Positions 9,742 through 18,437 are shown, numbered from the stretch's first letter. The stretch: DNA of 32,000 bases from Micrococcus luteus NCTC 2665 (GCF_000023205.1 NC_012803.1:780001-812000); one strand, 5' to 3'. Made by a program: numbers and translations. The notes: generated by a model not told the origin, from the sequence alone.

Positions 9742-9800
9742 CGTGCGCGTCGTCGGCGGGCCGGGCGCCGGGGCCCCTGTCGCCCACGCGCGCCGCCCGG

Positions 9801-9806
9801 TAGACT
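9801..9806 (+). promoter_or_regulatory. -10 hexamer TAGACT at the head of the hflX upstream region
   Basis: TAGACT-CGACGCCC-ATG(9815). It is divergent from the 9736-9741 hexamer. Confidence 0.3.
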
Positions 9807-9814
9807 CGACGCCC

Positions 9815-9835
9815 ATGTGGATCTTCCTGCGCTGA
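9815..9835 (+). CDS. Candidate 6-aa leader mini-ORF (MWIFLR-stop) in the hflX 5' region
   Basis: ATG TGG ATC TTC CTG CGC TGA lies 8 nt after a TAGACT hexamer. The stop codon sits in a small hairpin, TGACGC-CCCC-GCGTCA (9833-9848). It is 337 nt upstream of hflX. Purely positional evidence. Confidence 0.25.
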   Translation: MWIFLR

Positions 9836-10172
9836 CGCCCCCGCGTCACTGACCGCCCCCGCCCCTTGCGCGCCCGCCTCGGATGAGGCCGTCGAGCGCG
9901 CCCCGGCACCTGATGGAGATCCCGCCATGGACCACGTGGTCCGCCCCTGCCCGCCCTCCGACGAGACCTCGTGGCTGCGGTGCCGCGTGCTCGCCTTCCT
10001 CCCGCGAACGGAGCCGCCGCGAGATCGTCGCAGTACGGCACCGACCCCTGCCCACACGGCCCTGCGCGTCACCCACCACGTCCGCCCCCTGCGGACAGCC
10101 GCCTAACGCGTCCGCCGACCCCTCTACCCTGAGACCATCGGGCCGCCCGACCGCGGCGGCCCAGAGGAGACC

Positions 10173-11813
10173 ATGACTGAGAAGAACCAGCACACCCCCG
10201 GCCCCCAGGCCGCCCACGGCCCCGAGGACGAGATCCAGGCCGTGATCGACCGCATCCTGGCCGCCGATGACGCTCGCCGCGCCTCCGAGCGCGAGGTGAC
10301 CGGGCGCGGCTCCGCGGACAGCGTGGCCGCGGACCACGAGGGCGCCCCCGACGACGGGACCCCGGATCGCTCCGGCGCGCTCGCCGGCCGCGCACTCGCC
10401 CTGGACGAGGGCGAGGACGGCCACACGGACGCCGACGGCGACCAGGACGAGCTCGCCGCGCGCCACTCCCTCAAGCGCGTGCAGGGCCTGTCCACCGAGC
10501 TCGAGGACATGACCGAGGTCGAGTACCGCCAGCTGCGCCTGGAGCGCGTGGTGCTGGCGGGGGTCTGGACCGAGGGCTCCGCGGAGGACGCGGAGAACTC
10601 CCTGCGGGAGTTGGCCGCGCTCGCCGAGACCGCGGGCTCGGAGGTGCTCGACGGCGTCATCCAGCGCCGCGCCACCCCGGACCCGGCCACGTTCCTCGGC
10701 AAGGGCAAGGCGCAGGAGCTCGCCGAGATCGTGGCGCTCTCCGGCGCGGACACCGTGGTGGTGGACTCCGAGCTCGCCCCGTCTCAGCGCCGCGCGCTGG
10801 AGGACGTGGTGCGGGTGAAGGTGATCGACCGGACCGCGCTGATCCTGGACATCTTCGCCCAGCACGCGAGCTCGCGTGAGGGCCGCGCCCAGGTCGAGCT
10901 CGCGCAGCTCGAGTACCTGCTGCCGCGCCTGCGCGGCTGGGGCGAGTCCATGTCCCGGCAGGCCGGCGGCCGTGCCGCCGCCGGTGAGGGCATCGGCTCC
11001 CGCGGCCCCGGCGAGACCAAGATCGAGCTGGACCGCCGCCGCATCCGCACCCGCATGGCGAAGCTGCGCCGGGACATCGCCGGGATGAAGCCGGCACGCG
11101 AGGCCAAGCGCGCCAACCGTCGTCGCAACCGGGTGCCGTCCGTGGCGATCGCCGGCTACACCAACGCCGGCAAGTCGTCCCTGCTCAACCGCCTCACCCA
11201 CGCCGGGGTGCTCGTGGAGAACGCCCTGTTCGCCACGCTGGACCCCACCGTGCGCAGGGCCATGACGCCGGACGGCATCGGCTACACCCTCTCGGACACG
11301 GTCGGCTTCGTGCGGAACCTGCCCACACAGCTGGTCGAGGCGTTCCGCTCCACCCTCGAGGAGGTCGCGGACGCGGACGTCATCCTGCACGTCGTGGACG
11401 GCTCGCACCCGGACCCGGAGGGCCAGATCGCCGCGGTGCGCTCCGTGTTCGCGGAGGTGGACGCGCACCGGATCCCCGAGATCATCGTGCTGAACAAGGC
11501 GGACGCGGCGGACCCGGCCGTCGTCGCCCGGATCCGGTCCAAGGAGCCCCACGCCGTGGTCGTCTCCGCGCGCACCGGCGAGGGCATCGACGAGCTCGAG
11601 CGCGCCATCGCGGCCACCATCCCGCGGCCGGACGTGCGGCTCGAACTGCTGGTCCCGTTCACCCGGGGTGAGCTGGTCTCCCGCCTGCACTCGGCGGACG
11701 CGGAGATCCTGGCCGAGGGCTACGAGGAGGGCGGCACCCGCCTGTCCGTGCTGGTCCGTGAGGACATCGCGCCGGACTTCGCCGAGTTCGTCGTGGAGGC
11801 GGACGCGTCGTGA
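10173..11813 (+). CDS. hflX: Ribosome-associated GTPase HflX (546 aa, with acidic N-terminal extension)
   Basis: ATG preceded by GAGGAG. HflX N-domain (LERVVLAGV..., AELAALAETAGSEV, ADTVVVDSELAPSQRRALEDVVRVKVIDRTALILDIFAQHA) and G-domain (VAIAGYTNAGKSSLLNRLT, SDTVGFV, LNKAD). Confidence 0.93.
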   Translation: MTEKNQHTPGPQAAHGPEDEIQAVIDRILAADDARRASEREVTGRGSADSVAADHEGAPDDGTPDRSGALAGRALALDEGEDGHTDADGDQDELAARHSLKRVQGLSTELEDMTEVEYRQLRLERVVLAGVWTEGSAEDAENSLRELAALAETAGSEVLDGVIQRRATPDPATFLGKGKAQELAEIVALSGADTVVVDSELAPSQRRALEDVVRVKVIDRTALILDIFAQHASSREGRAQVELAQLEYLLPRLRGWGESMSRQAGGRAAAGEGIGSRGPGETKIELDRRRIRTRMAKLRRDIAGMKPAREAKRANRRRNRVPSVAIAGYTNAGKSSLLNRLTHAGVLVENALFATLDPTVRRAMTPDGIGYTLSDTVGFVRNLPTQLVEAFRSTLEEVADADVILHVVDGSHPDPEGQIAAVRSVFAEVDAHRIPEIIVLNKADAADPAVVARIRSKEPHAVVVSARTGEGIDELERAIAATIPRPDVRLELLVPFTRGELVSRLHSADAEILAEGYEEGGTRLSVLVREDIAPDFAEFVVEADAS

Positions 11814-13909
11814 GCGACGGGGTGAAGGAAGCCGGGGCGGGCGGCGCGCAGCCGCGCACGGAGCACGAGCGCGAGGCGCTGCGCCTGCTGGATGTCGCGG
11901 TGCAGGCCACCGGCGGGCAGCACCGCGCGGGCCAGCGGGAGATGGTGCTGCAGGTGGCGCGCGCCCTCGAGTCGCGCCGTCATCTGCTCGTGCAGGCCGG
12001 CACCGGCACCGGCAAGTCCCTGGCCTACCTGATCCCCGCCCTCCAGCACGCGATGACGCAGGAGGACCCCGTCGTCGTCGCCACGGCCACGCTCGCCCTG
12101 CAGGCCCAGATCATGAAGCGGGACGCCCCACGGCTGGTCGAGGCGCTCAAGGACGAGCTGCCCCGCGAGCCCGTCGTCGCCCTGGTCAAGGGCCGCTCCA
12201 ATTACCTGTGTCGCCACAAGGTGGACGGCGGCTACCCCGGAGATGAGGGCGAGGAGGCCCTCTTCACGGTCGCCGACGACGGCGGGATGATCGGCTCCGC
12301 CACGGACGGCGCCGCCGGGCCCTCCTCCCTGTTGGGCAAGGAGGTCATGTACCTGCGGGCGTGGGCGGACCAGACCGAGACCGGGGACCGCGACGACCTC
12401 GAGGTCCCCGTCACCGACCGCGCGTGGCGGCAGGTCTCCGTCTCCGCGGTCGACTGCCTCGGCGCGTCCCGCTGCCCCCAGGCCGAGGAGTGCTTCTCCG
12501 AGCGGGCCCGCGCGGACGCGGCGGACGCGGACGTCGTGGTCACCAACCACGCGATGCTCGCCATCAGCGCCTTCGAGGGGCTCGCGGTGCTGCCGGCGTA
12601 CTCGGCCGTCGTCGTGGACGAGGCCCACGAGCTGCAGGACCGGGTGACCGGCGCGGTCACGGGGCAGCTGTCCGGGTCGATCGTGCACGGCGCGGCCACC
12701 TCGCTGCGCCGCCACACCACGGTGGCCGTGGAGGACCTGATCGAGGCCGGGGCGGCCCTGGACCGCGCGTTCACGGACACCCCGTCCGGCCTGATCGCCG
12801 CGGGCCCGGACGAGGTGCAGGAGCAGGCCCTCACCGGCGTCCTCACGGCCGCGCGCCAGTGCCTGTCCGACCTCGGCCAGGACAAGGACAAGGAGGCCGA
12901 CGCCGACGGCGGACGGCAGATGGCGCGCTCGCGGATCCTCGAGGTCCTCGAGGTGGTGGAGCGCATGCTCGCCGCCCGGCCCGAGGCGGACTTCCCCGAG
13001 GTGCTGTGGGCCACCCGCCCCGGCCACTTCGAGCCCGGCGTGGGCTGGCAGCCGGGGGACGAGACCGACCCGCCCCAGCTCTACGTGGCCCCGCTCTCGG
13101 TGGCCGGCAAGCTGCGGGAGGGCCTGTTCGGCAAGGCGACGACGGTGCTCACCTCCGCCACGCTCACCGTGGGCTCGGGGGAGCGCCGGTTCGACTCGGT
13201 GGCCGGCGACGTGGGCCTGGCCGGCCCGGACGCCCCGAAGTTCGAGGCCCTCGACGTCGGCAGCCCCTTCGACTACCCGCGTCAGGGGGTGCTCTACGTG
13301 GCCCGGCACCTGCCCCGGCCCGGCCGCACGGCCTCGCCCGAGTCCCTCGATGAGCTCGAGGCGCTCCTGAGGGCGTCGCGGGGCGGGGCCCTCGGCCTGT
13401 TCTCCTCGCGCCGGGCGGCCGAGGACGCCGCCGCCGAGATGCGCCGTCGGCTCGGGCCGAAGACCACGATCCTGTGCCAGGGGGACGCGACCCTCTCCGC
13501 CCTCGTGCGCCAGTTCGCCGAGGAGCCGGACACGTCCCTGTTCGGGACCATGAGCCTGTGGCAGGGCGTGGACGTGCCGGGGAACTCGCTGCGGCTCGTG
13601 GTGATCGACCGCATCCCGTTCCCGCGGCCGGACGACCCGCTCTCCCAGGCCCGCACCCGGGATGTCGCCCGGCACGGCGGCAACGGGTTCATGCGGGTCT
13701 CCGCCACGCACGCGGCCGTGCGCATGGCCCAGGGCGCCGGGCGCCTCGTGCGCTCCGTGACGGACCGCGGCGTGGTGGCCGTGCTGGACCCCCGCCTGGC
13801 CACCGAGCGGTACGGCGGCTACATCACGAGCGCCCTGCCGGACTTCTGGCGCACCACGGACGGCGACGTCGTCCGCGGGGTGCTGGCACGGCTCGCCTCG
13901 GGCGATTGA
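11810..13909 (+). CDS. dinG: ATP-dependent DNA helicase, DinG/XPD (Rad3) family with Fe-S cluster cysteines
   Basis: LLVQAGTGTGKSLAYLIPAL (Walker A), VVVTNHAML, VVVDEAHEL (DEAH box), four Cys (LCRH, VDCLGASRCPQAEEC), C-terminal WQGVDVPG and VIDRIPFP. GTG at 11810 overlaps the hflX stop (GTGA). Confidence 0.85.
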   Translation: MSDGVKEAGAGGAQPRTEHEREALRLLDVAVQATGGQHRAGQREMVLQVARALESRRHLLVQAGTGTGKSLAYLIPALQHAMTQEDPVVVATATLALQAQIMKRDAPRLVEALKDELPREPVVALVKGRSNYLCRHKVDGGYPGDEGEEALFTVADDGGMIGSATDGAAGPSSLLGKEVMYLRAWADQTETGDRDDLEVPVTDRAWRQVSVSAVDCLGASRCPQAEECFSERARADAADADVVVTNHAMLAISAFEGLAVLPAYSAVVVDEAHELQDRVTGAVTGQLSGSIVHGAATSLRRHTTVAVEDLIEAGAALDRAFTDTPSGLIAAGPDEVQEQALTGVLTAARQCLSDLGQDKDKEADADGGRQMARSRILEVLEVVERMLAARPEADFPEVLWATRPGHFEPGVGWQPGDETDPPQLYVAPLSVAGKLREGLFGKATTVLTSATLTVGSGERRFDSVAGDVGLAGPDAPKFEALDVGSPFDYPRQGVLYVARHLPRPGRTASPESLDELEALLRASRGGALGLFSSRRAAEDAAAEMRRRLGPKTTILCQGDATLSALVRQFAEEPDTSLFGTMSLWQGVDVPGNSLRLVVIDRIPFPRPDDPLSQARTRDVARHGGNGFMRVSATHAAVRMAQGAGRLVRSVTDRGVVAVLDPRLATERYGGYITSALPDFWRTTDGDVVRGVLARLASGD

Positions 13910-14055
13910 CCTGGTCCGACGACGCGGCCGGGGCGGCCCACCGGGACCTCCTCACCCACGTGCGGCCCGGCCACGGTCCCCGGACGCTCACCTGGGCGTA
14001 GCCTGAGAGTGGCGGCGACCCCGCCGCCGCACCGTGCGATGAAGGACGCCCGACC

Positions 14056-15687
14056 ATGGCCACCCCCGGCGAGTCAGGCACCCCCCGACCCCATGGATCC
14101 ACCCGGTTGCGCAAGGCCGCGCAGCAGCGGATCCACCTGAGACGGCAGGCCAGCGAGGAGAAGGCGGTGGTGGACTCGGCCCAGGCCGGAACCGAACACC
14201 GGACGCCCGACTCGTTCCTGTCTCACCTGCACCTGCGCCCGGTCTGGTTCGGGCTCGCCGTGCTGGCCCTCGTGGCGGTGCTGCTCGCGCCGGGCCTGCA
14301 GGAGGCGGGACTGTCCGTCGCGGGCCAGCGGGCCCTGGCCATCCTCGTGTTCGCGGTGGTCCTCTGGGTCACCGAGGCCGTCTCCTATCCCGTGAGCTCG
14401 GTGGCGATCATCGGCCTCATCGCCCTGCTGATCGGCTTCTCCCCGGACCCGGAGGCGCCCCAGAAGAGCCTGGGCACCAACGGCGGTCTCGGCTACGCCC
14501 TCGAGGGATTCAGCGCCGCGGCGGTCGCGCTCGTCGCCGGCGCACTCGTGTTGGCCGCCGCGATGCAGGCCACCGGCCTGCACAAGCGCGTGGCGCTGCT
14601 CGTCCTGAAGTTTGCGGGGGAGAAGACTTCCCGGATCCTCATCGGTGTCATCGTCATCATCGTGATCCTCAGCTTCTTCGTCCCCTCGGCGACCGCCCGC
14701 GCGGGCGCCGTCGTGCCGGTCCTGCTCGGCCTGGTGGCCGCGTTCGGCCTGCCCAAGGACTCGAAGCTCTCCGCCCTGTTCATCATCACCGCCGCCCAGG
14801 CCATCTCCATCTGGAACATCGGCATCATGACCGCGGCCGCGCAGAACCAGGTCGCCGTCGGGTTCATCCGCGAGGAGATGGGCCGAGAGATCTCCTGGCC
14901 CGAGTGGTTCCTGTGGGGCGCCCCGTGGTCGGCCGTCATGTCCGTGGTGCTGTACTTCGTGATGCGCTGGGCCATCAGGCCGGAGCTCACCCGGCTCGAG
15001 GGCGGTCGCGAGGTCGTCGGCCGGGACCTGGCCGCGCTGGGCCCGATGACGGGCAAGGAGATCCGGCTGACCGTCGTCGCGCTCCTGCTGCTGCTGGCCT
15101 GGTCCACCCAGGGCATCCTGCACCCCGTCGACGCCACCACCGTCACTCTCCTGGCCGTGGCCGTCCTGCTGATGCCGCGCGTCGGCGTCTTCTCGTGGAA
15201 GACGGTGGAGGGGCTCGTGACCTGGGGCACCCTCGTGGTGTTCGCCGTCGGCATCTCGCTCGGCTCGCTGCTGCTGAAGACCGGCGCTGCCAGCTGGCTG
15301 TCCGAGCGCGCGTTCGACTCGCTGGGCATCGCGCACATGCCGCTGCTGGCGATGATCGCCCTCGTCTCGGCGTTCACCATCCTGATCCACCTGGGCTTCG
15401 CCTCCGCCACAGCCCTGTCCTCGGCCCTGATCCCGGTGTTCATCGCGTTCTCCATGACCATCCCGAACGCCGCGCAGGGTGGGCTGGGCTTCGTGATCGT
15501 CCAGCAGTTCGCGATCTGCTTCGGCTTCCTGCTGCCGGTCTCCGCGCCGCAGAACATGCTCGCGTACGGCACGGGGGCGTTCACGGCGAAGCAGTTCCTG
15601 AAGACCGGCATCCCGATCACCGTGATCGGCTACCTCATGGTGCTGCTGTTCTCCGCCACCTACTGGCGGTGGATCGGCCTGCTCTGA
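14056..15687 (+). CDS. DASS/SLC13-type anion:sodium symporter family permease
   Basis: Polytopic membrane protein with two repeat halves: LAILVFAVVLWVTEAVSYPVSS, PSATARAGAVVPVLLGL and LPVSAPQNMLAYGTGAF (hairpin-loop SNT/SxPxN-like motifs). The N-terminal 60 aa are hydrophilic, so the start is uncertain. A candidate -10 TAGCCT lies near 13999-14004. Confidence 0.75.
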   Translation: MATPGESGTPRPHGSTRLRKAAQQRIHLRRQASEEKAVVDSAQAGTEHRTPDSFLSHLHLRPVWFGLAVLALVAVLLAPGLQEAGLSVAGQRALAILVFAVVLWVTEAVSYPVSSVAIIGLIALLIGFSPDPEAPQKSLGTNGGLGYALEGFSAAAVALVAGALVLAAAMQATGLHKRVALLVLKFAGEKTSRILIGVIVIIVILSFFVPSATARAGAVVPVLLGLVAAFGLPKDSKLSALFIITAAQAISIWNIGIMTAAAQNQVAVGFIREEMGREISWPEWFLWGAPWSAVMSVVLYFVMRWAIRPELTRLEGGREVVGRDLAALGPMTGKEIRLTVVALLLLLAWSTQGILHPVDATTVTLLAVAVLLMPRVGVFSWKTVEGLVTWGTLVVFAVGISLGSLLLKTGAASWLSERAFDSLGIAHMPLLAMIALVSAFTILIHLGFASATALSSALIPVFIAFSMTIPNAAQGGLGFVIVQQFAICFGFLLPVSAPQNMLAYGTGAFTAKQFLKTGIPITVIGYLMVLLFSATYWRWIGLL

Positions 15688-15714
15688 GGCCGTGGCGGGC
15701 CGCCCGCCACGGCC
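15688..15714. terminator. GC-rich hairpin between the convergent transporter and lexA genes
   Basis: GGCCGTGGCGG (15688-15698) pairs with CCGCCACGGCC (15704-15714), a perfect 11-bp stem. It begins right after the transporter stop and lies 28 nt before the lexA stop. There is no U-tract. Confidence 0.5.
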
Positions 15715-15741
15715 CGTGGCGCGGCGGGCGGAGGCAGCGGG

Positions 15742-16458
15742 TCAGAGTGAACGCAGGACCGTGACGACGCGCCCCATCACGGTGGCGTGATCGCCGAGGA
15801 TGGGCTCGTAGGCCGTGTTCTGGGGGAGGAGCCAGGTGTGCCCGTCGCGGCGGCGGAAGGTCTTCACGGTGGCCTCGTCGTCGAGCAGGGCCGCGACGAT
15901 GTCGCCGTTCTCCGCCGTCTCCTGCCGGCGCACCACCACCCAGTCGCCGTCGCAGATCGCGGCGTCCACCATCGAGTCACCCGTGACGCGCAGCATGAAC
16001 AGCTCGCCCTCGCCCGTGAGGCGTCGCGGGATCGCCATGACGTCCTCGACCTGCTGCTCGGCCAGGACGGGGCCGCCCGCCGCGATGCGGCCGACCCAGG
16101 GGACCGGCACGCTGTCCGCCTCGTCCGTGCCGGTGTGCCACGCGGCGATCGTGGAGACCTGCGACGACGGCGCGGCGGCGGGGGAGGCGGCCTCGCCCAG
16201 CGGGGTGCCGTCCACGTCGAGCAGCACCTCGAGGGCACGCGGGCGTCCGGGGTCGCGCCGGATGTAGCCGTGACGCTCGAGACGGCCCAGCTGGTGCGTG
16301 ACGGAGGAGAGCGAGGCCAGGCCCGCGGCGTCGCCGATCTCGCGCATGGAGGGCGGGTAGCCGTGGTCGGCGATCGCGTCCCGGATGGTCTGCACGATCC
16401 GCCGCTGGCGGTCGGTGAGCGGCGCGCGCGCCGCCGGCTGATCGTCGGTGGTGCTCAT
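15742..16458 (-). CDS. lexA: SOS repressor LexA
   Basis: [57 protein letters not shown] (winged HTH), VGRIAAGGP (Ala-Gly cleavage site), [11 protein letters not shown] (Ser nucleophile), ATVKTF (Lys). The in-frame stop at 16531-16533 and the absence of alternative starts fix ATG 16458. Confidence 0.96.
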   Translation of the reverse strand: MSTTDDQPAARAPLTDRQRRIVQTIRDAIADHGYPPSMREIGDAAGLASLSSVTHQLGRLERHGYIRRDPGRPRALEVLLDVDGTPLGEAASPAAAPSSQVSTIAAWHTGTDEADSVPVPWVGRIAAGGPVLAEQQVEDVMAIPRRLTGEGELFMLRVTGDSMVDAAICDGDWVVVRRQETAENGDIVAALLDDEATVKTFRRRDGHTWLLPQNTAYEPILGDHATVMGRVVTVLRSL

Positions 16459-16601
16459 GGCTGCCGTCCGTTCTCCCGGGGGTGATGGTGGCCGGCCTCG
16501 TGTTCCGGCGTCCGGCTGCCGTCCGGACGCTTACCGTGTCCGCCCCCGCTGGTTGCCTGTGTCCTGGCGGTCCTCGGGGGCGTTCCGGGGCGTCCGTGCA
16601 T
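16455..16601 (-). CDS. Candidate leaderless 48-aa uORF that terminates on the lexA start codon
   Basis: On the minus strand: TAGGCT (16614-16609), 7 nt, ATG (16601). The [51 protein letters not shown] ends in TGA, overlapping the lexA ATG as ATGA. GC3 is about 77% (hand count), below that of neighbouring genes, so coding status is uncertain. Confidence 0.3.
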   Translation of the reverse strand: MHGRPGTPPRTARTQATSGGGHGKRPDGSRTPEHEAGHHHPRENGRQP

Positions 16602-16608
16602 GGCCTTG

Positions 16609-16614
16609 AGCCTA
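16609..16614 (-). promoter_or_regulatory. Candidate lexA promoter -10 (TAGGCT) just downstream of the lexA-proximal SOS box
   Basis: TAnnnT hexamer about 20 nt downstream (minus strand) of box 16634-16649. It is the only plausible -10 between the SOS boxes and lexA. Confidence 0.35.
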
Positions 16615-16633
16615 GAGGAGAGCCGCCTCGCAT

Positions 16634-16649
16634 TCAAAGATATGTTCGA
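16634..16649. promoter_or_regulatory. LexA box (lexA-proximal), imperfect
   Basis: The minus-strand reading is TCGAAC-ATAT-CTTTGA. One half-site is perfect and the other matches 4 of 6. From memory this resembles the mycobacterial lexA autoregulatory box type, TCGAAC-N4-GTTTGA. Confidence 0.6.
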
Positions 16650-16666
16650 TCTCTTCGTGGCGTGTC

Positions 16667-16682
16667 TCGAACACCTGTGCTA
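16667..16682. promoter_or_regulatory. LexA box, imperfect (central)
   Basis: TCGAAC-ACCT-GTGCTA. The left half is perfect and the right half matches 4 of 6. Confidence 0.4.
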
Positions 16683-16701
16683 GAAAGGCATTCGAACGGA
16701 T

Positions 16702-16717
16702 TCGAACAGATGTTCGA
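16702..16717. promoter_or_regulatory. LexA box, perfect (LysM-gene proximal)
   Basis: TCGAAC-AGAT-GTTCGA, 36 nt upstream of the LysM-gene ATG. It is preceded by an extra direct copy of the half-site (ATTCGAACGG ATTCGAACAG, 16691-16710). Confidence 0.8.
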
Positions 16718-16752
16718 TCACCTGGAGGGCACCCGCCCCGGAGGAGGACACC

Positions 16753-17127
16753 ATGACGCTCACCACCGCCCAGTTCGCCGGTTCGCCCGCGACCACGCGG
16801 CCGCGTCCGGCCACCATCCGTCTGACCCGCCGCGGCCGCCTCGTGCTGCGGGGGATCCCCGTGATCGCCGCGGCCGTGGCCGTCACGCTGGCGGCCGCCT
16901 TCTTCCTGGGTGTGCTGCTGTCGCCCGCCGCGGTGTCCGCGGACACTGCGGGGCCGGCCACCCAGTCCGTCACGGTCATGCCCGGGGACAGCCTGTGGAC
17001 CATCGCCACCACGGTGGCGCCGGAGGCGGATGTCTACGAGGTGATCGCCACGATCGACGAACTCAACGGGCTCGAGGGCCGGGCCCCCGCCCCGGGCGAG
17101 GAGCTGTTCGTCCCGGCCACGCGGTGA
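16753..17127 (+). CDS. LysM-domain membrane-anchored protein, divergent from lexA (probable SOS-regulon member)
   Basis: ATG preceded by GGAGGAGGA. N-terminal TM/signal anchor (GIPVIAAAVAVTLAAAFFLGVLL), then a C-terminal LysM motif (VTVMPGDSLWTIATTV...VIATIDELNGLEGRAPAPGEELFVP). It has the same divergent position as the LysM gene next to lexA in mycobacteria (Rv2719c-like). Confidence 0.75.
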   Translation: MTLTTAQFAGSPATTRPRPATIRLTRRGRLVLRGIPVIAAAVAVTLAAAFFLGVLLSPAAVSADTAGPATQSVTVMPGDSLWTIATTVAPEADVYEVIATIDELNGLEGRAPAPGEELFVPATR

Positions 17128-17157
17128 CGCACGGCGGGCCTCGCCCTCCACGGTTCC

Positions 17158-17163
17158 TAGACT
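17158..17163 (+). promoter_or_regulatory. -10 hexamer TAGACT 7 nt before the hisC ATG (leaderless-type)
   Basis: TAGACT-GGCGGCC-ATG(17171). No SD sequence. Confidence 0.4.
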
Positions 17164-17170
17164 GGCGGCC

Positions 17171-18292
17171 ATGACCGACCTCAGCTCTCTGCCCCTGCGC
17201 GATAACCTCCGCGGCCTGAGTCCCTACGGCGCCCCCCAGCTGGACGTGCCGTACATGCTCAACACCAACGAGAACACGCACCCGGTGCCGGAGGAGGTCG
17301 CCGCCGCCATCGCCGAGCGGGTCGCGGCCGTCGCCGGTGGGCTGAACCGCTACCCGGACCGCGAGTTCACGGGGCTGCGACGTGCGCTCGCCGGCTACCT
17401 CGGCCACGGCCTCACGGCGGACCACGTGTGGGCCGGCAACGGCTCCAACGAGATCCTGCAGCAGATCCTCCAGGCCTTCGGCGGCCCCGGGCGGACACTG
17501 CTGAGCTTCCTGCCCTCGTACTCCATGTACCCGCTGCTGGCCGGCGGCACGGACACCGTGTTCGTGGACGGCGGCCGCGCCGCGGACCACACCCTCAGCG
17601 CCGAGCACGCGGCGGCCATGGTGCGGGAGCACCGCCCGCACGTCATCTTCCTGGCCTCCCCCAACAACCCGACGGGCACGGCCCTGGACCTGGCGACCAT
17701 CGAGGCCGTGTACGCCGCGCAGGCGCAGAACGAGGCCGCCGGCGGGCCCGGCGCGATGGTCGTCGTGGACGAGGCCTACGCGGAGTTCGCCCTCGCCGGC
17801 ACCCGCTCCGCCCTCACGCTCCTGCCCGGCCGCGAGCGGCTGATCGTCACGCGCACCATGTCCAAGGCGTTCGCCCTGGCCGGCGCGCGCCTGGGCTACC
17901 TGGCCGCGGACCCCGCCGTCACCGACGCCCTGCGCCTGGTGCGCCTGCCGTACCACCTCTCCGCGGTCACGCAGGCCACGGCGGAGGCCGCCCTCGACCA
18001 CGTGGACGCGCTGCTGCGCACCGTGGAGGACATCAAGGCCCAGCGCGACCGCATCGTCTCCACCCTGCGCGGCCTGGGACTGAGGCCCTCGGTGTCCGAC
18101 TCGAACTTCGTCTTCTTCGGTCACCTCGAGGACGCGTCCGACGTGTGGGGCCGACTGCTCGACCGCGGCGTGCTCGTGCGGGACGTCGGCATCCCGCACC
18201 ACCTGCGCGTCACCGCCGGCACCGAGCCGGAGACGACGGCGTTCCTGACCGCTCTCGAGGAGGTCCTCGGCGAGACCGGGCACCGGTCCTGA
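17171..18292 (+). CDS. hisC: Histidinol-phosphate aminotransferase HisC
   Basis: [65 protein letters not shown] (PLP lysine). Confidence 0.92.
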   Translation: MTDLSSLPLRDNLRGLSPYGAPQLDVPYMLNTNENTHPVPEEVAAAIAERVAAVAGGLNRYPDREFTGLRRALAGYLGHGLTADHVWAGNGSNEILQQILQAFGGPGRTLLSFLPSYSMYPLLAGGTDTVFVDGGRAADHTLSAEHAAAMVREHRPHVIFLASPNNPTGTALDLATIEAVYAAQAQNEAAGGPGAMVVVDEAYAEFALAGTRSALTLLPGRERLIVTRTMSKAFALAGARLGYLAADPAVTDALRLVRLPYHLSAVTQATAEAALDHVDALLRTVEDIKAQRDRIVSTLRGLGLRPSVSDSNFVFFGHLEDASDVWGRLLDRGVLVRDVGIPHHLRVTAGTEPETTAFLTALEEVLGETGHRS

Positions 18293-18437
18293 GGCGTCAC
18301 CGGAGTCTGGGCGTCCGCCCGGCTCCCTAGGATGGGGACAGCGCGCGCGGCGCCCCGGCCCGCCGGCACCGGCCGCGCGCACCCGCATCCCCCCGCACCC
18401 GTCCCGGACCGGTGCGGACCCAGCCCGAGGAGGACCC

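Noticed and set aside
9929-9942. Perfect 14-bp palindrome GGACCACGTGGTCC in the hflX leader
   Set aside because: A 14-bp perfect palindrome is expected about once or twice by chance in 32 kb of GC-rich DNA. I saw no second copy or associated motif. I kept it only as context for the hflX leader finding.
9927-10106. 59-codon ORF MDHVVRPCPPSDETSWLRCRVLAFL... in the hflX upstream spacer, possibly a remnant of a GNAT acetyltransferase N-terminus
   Set aside because: The resemblance (xRPxxPxDxxxWLxxRxxxF) is short and from memory only. The frame degenerates into Pro/Arg/Thr-rich sequence after about 25 residues, and GC3 is unremarkable. I cannot support it without a search, but blastx of 9840-10172 would settle it.
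5840-13711. Long minus-strand ORFs 5840-8200 (786 aa), 9846-11690 (614 aa) and 11720-13711 (663 aa)
   Set aside because: Same reasoning. They shadow miaA/dapF, hflX and the DinG-like helicase, have junk low-complexity translations, and lack the GC3 pattern that the sense frames show.
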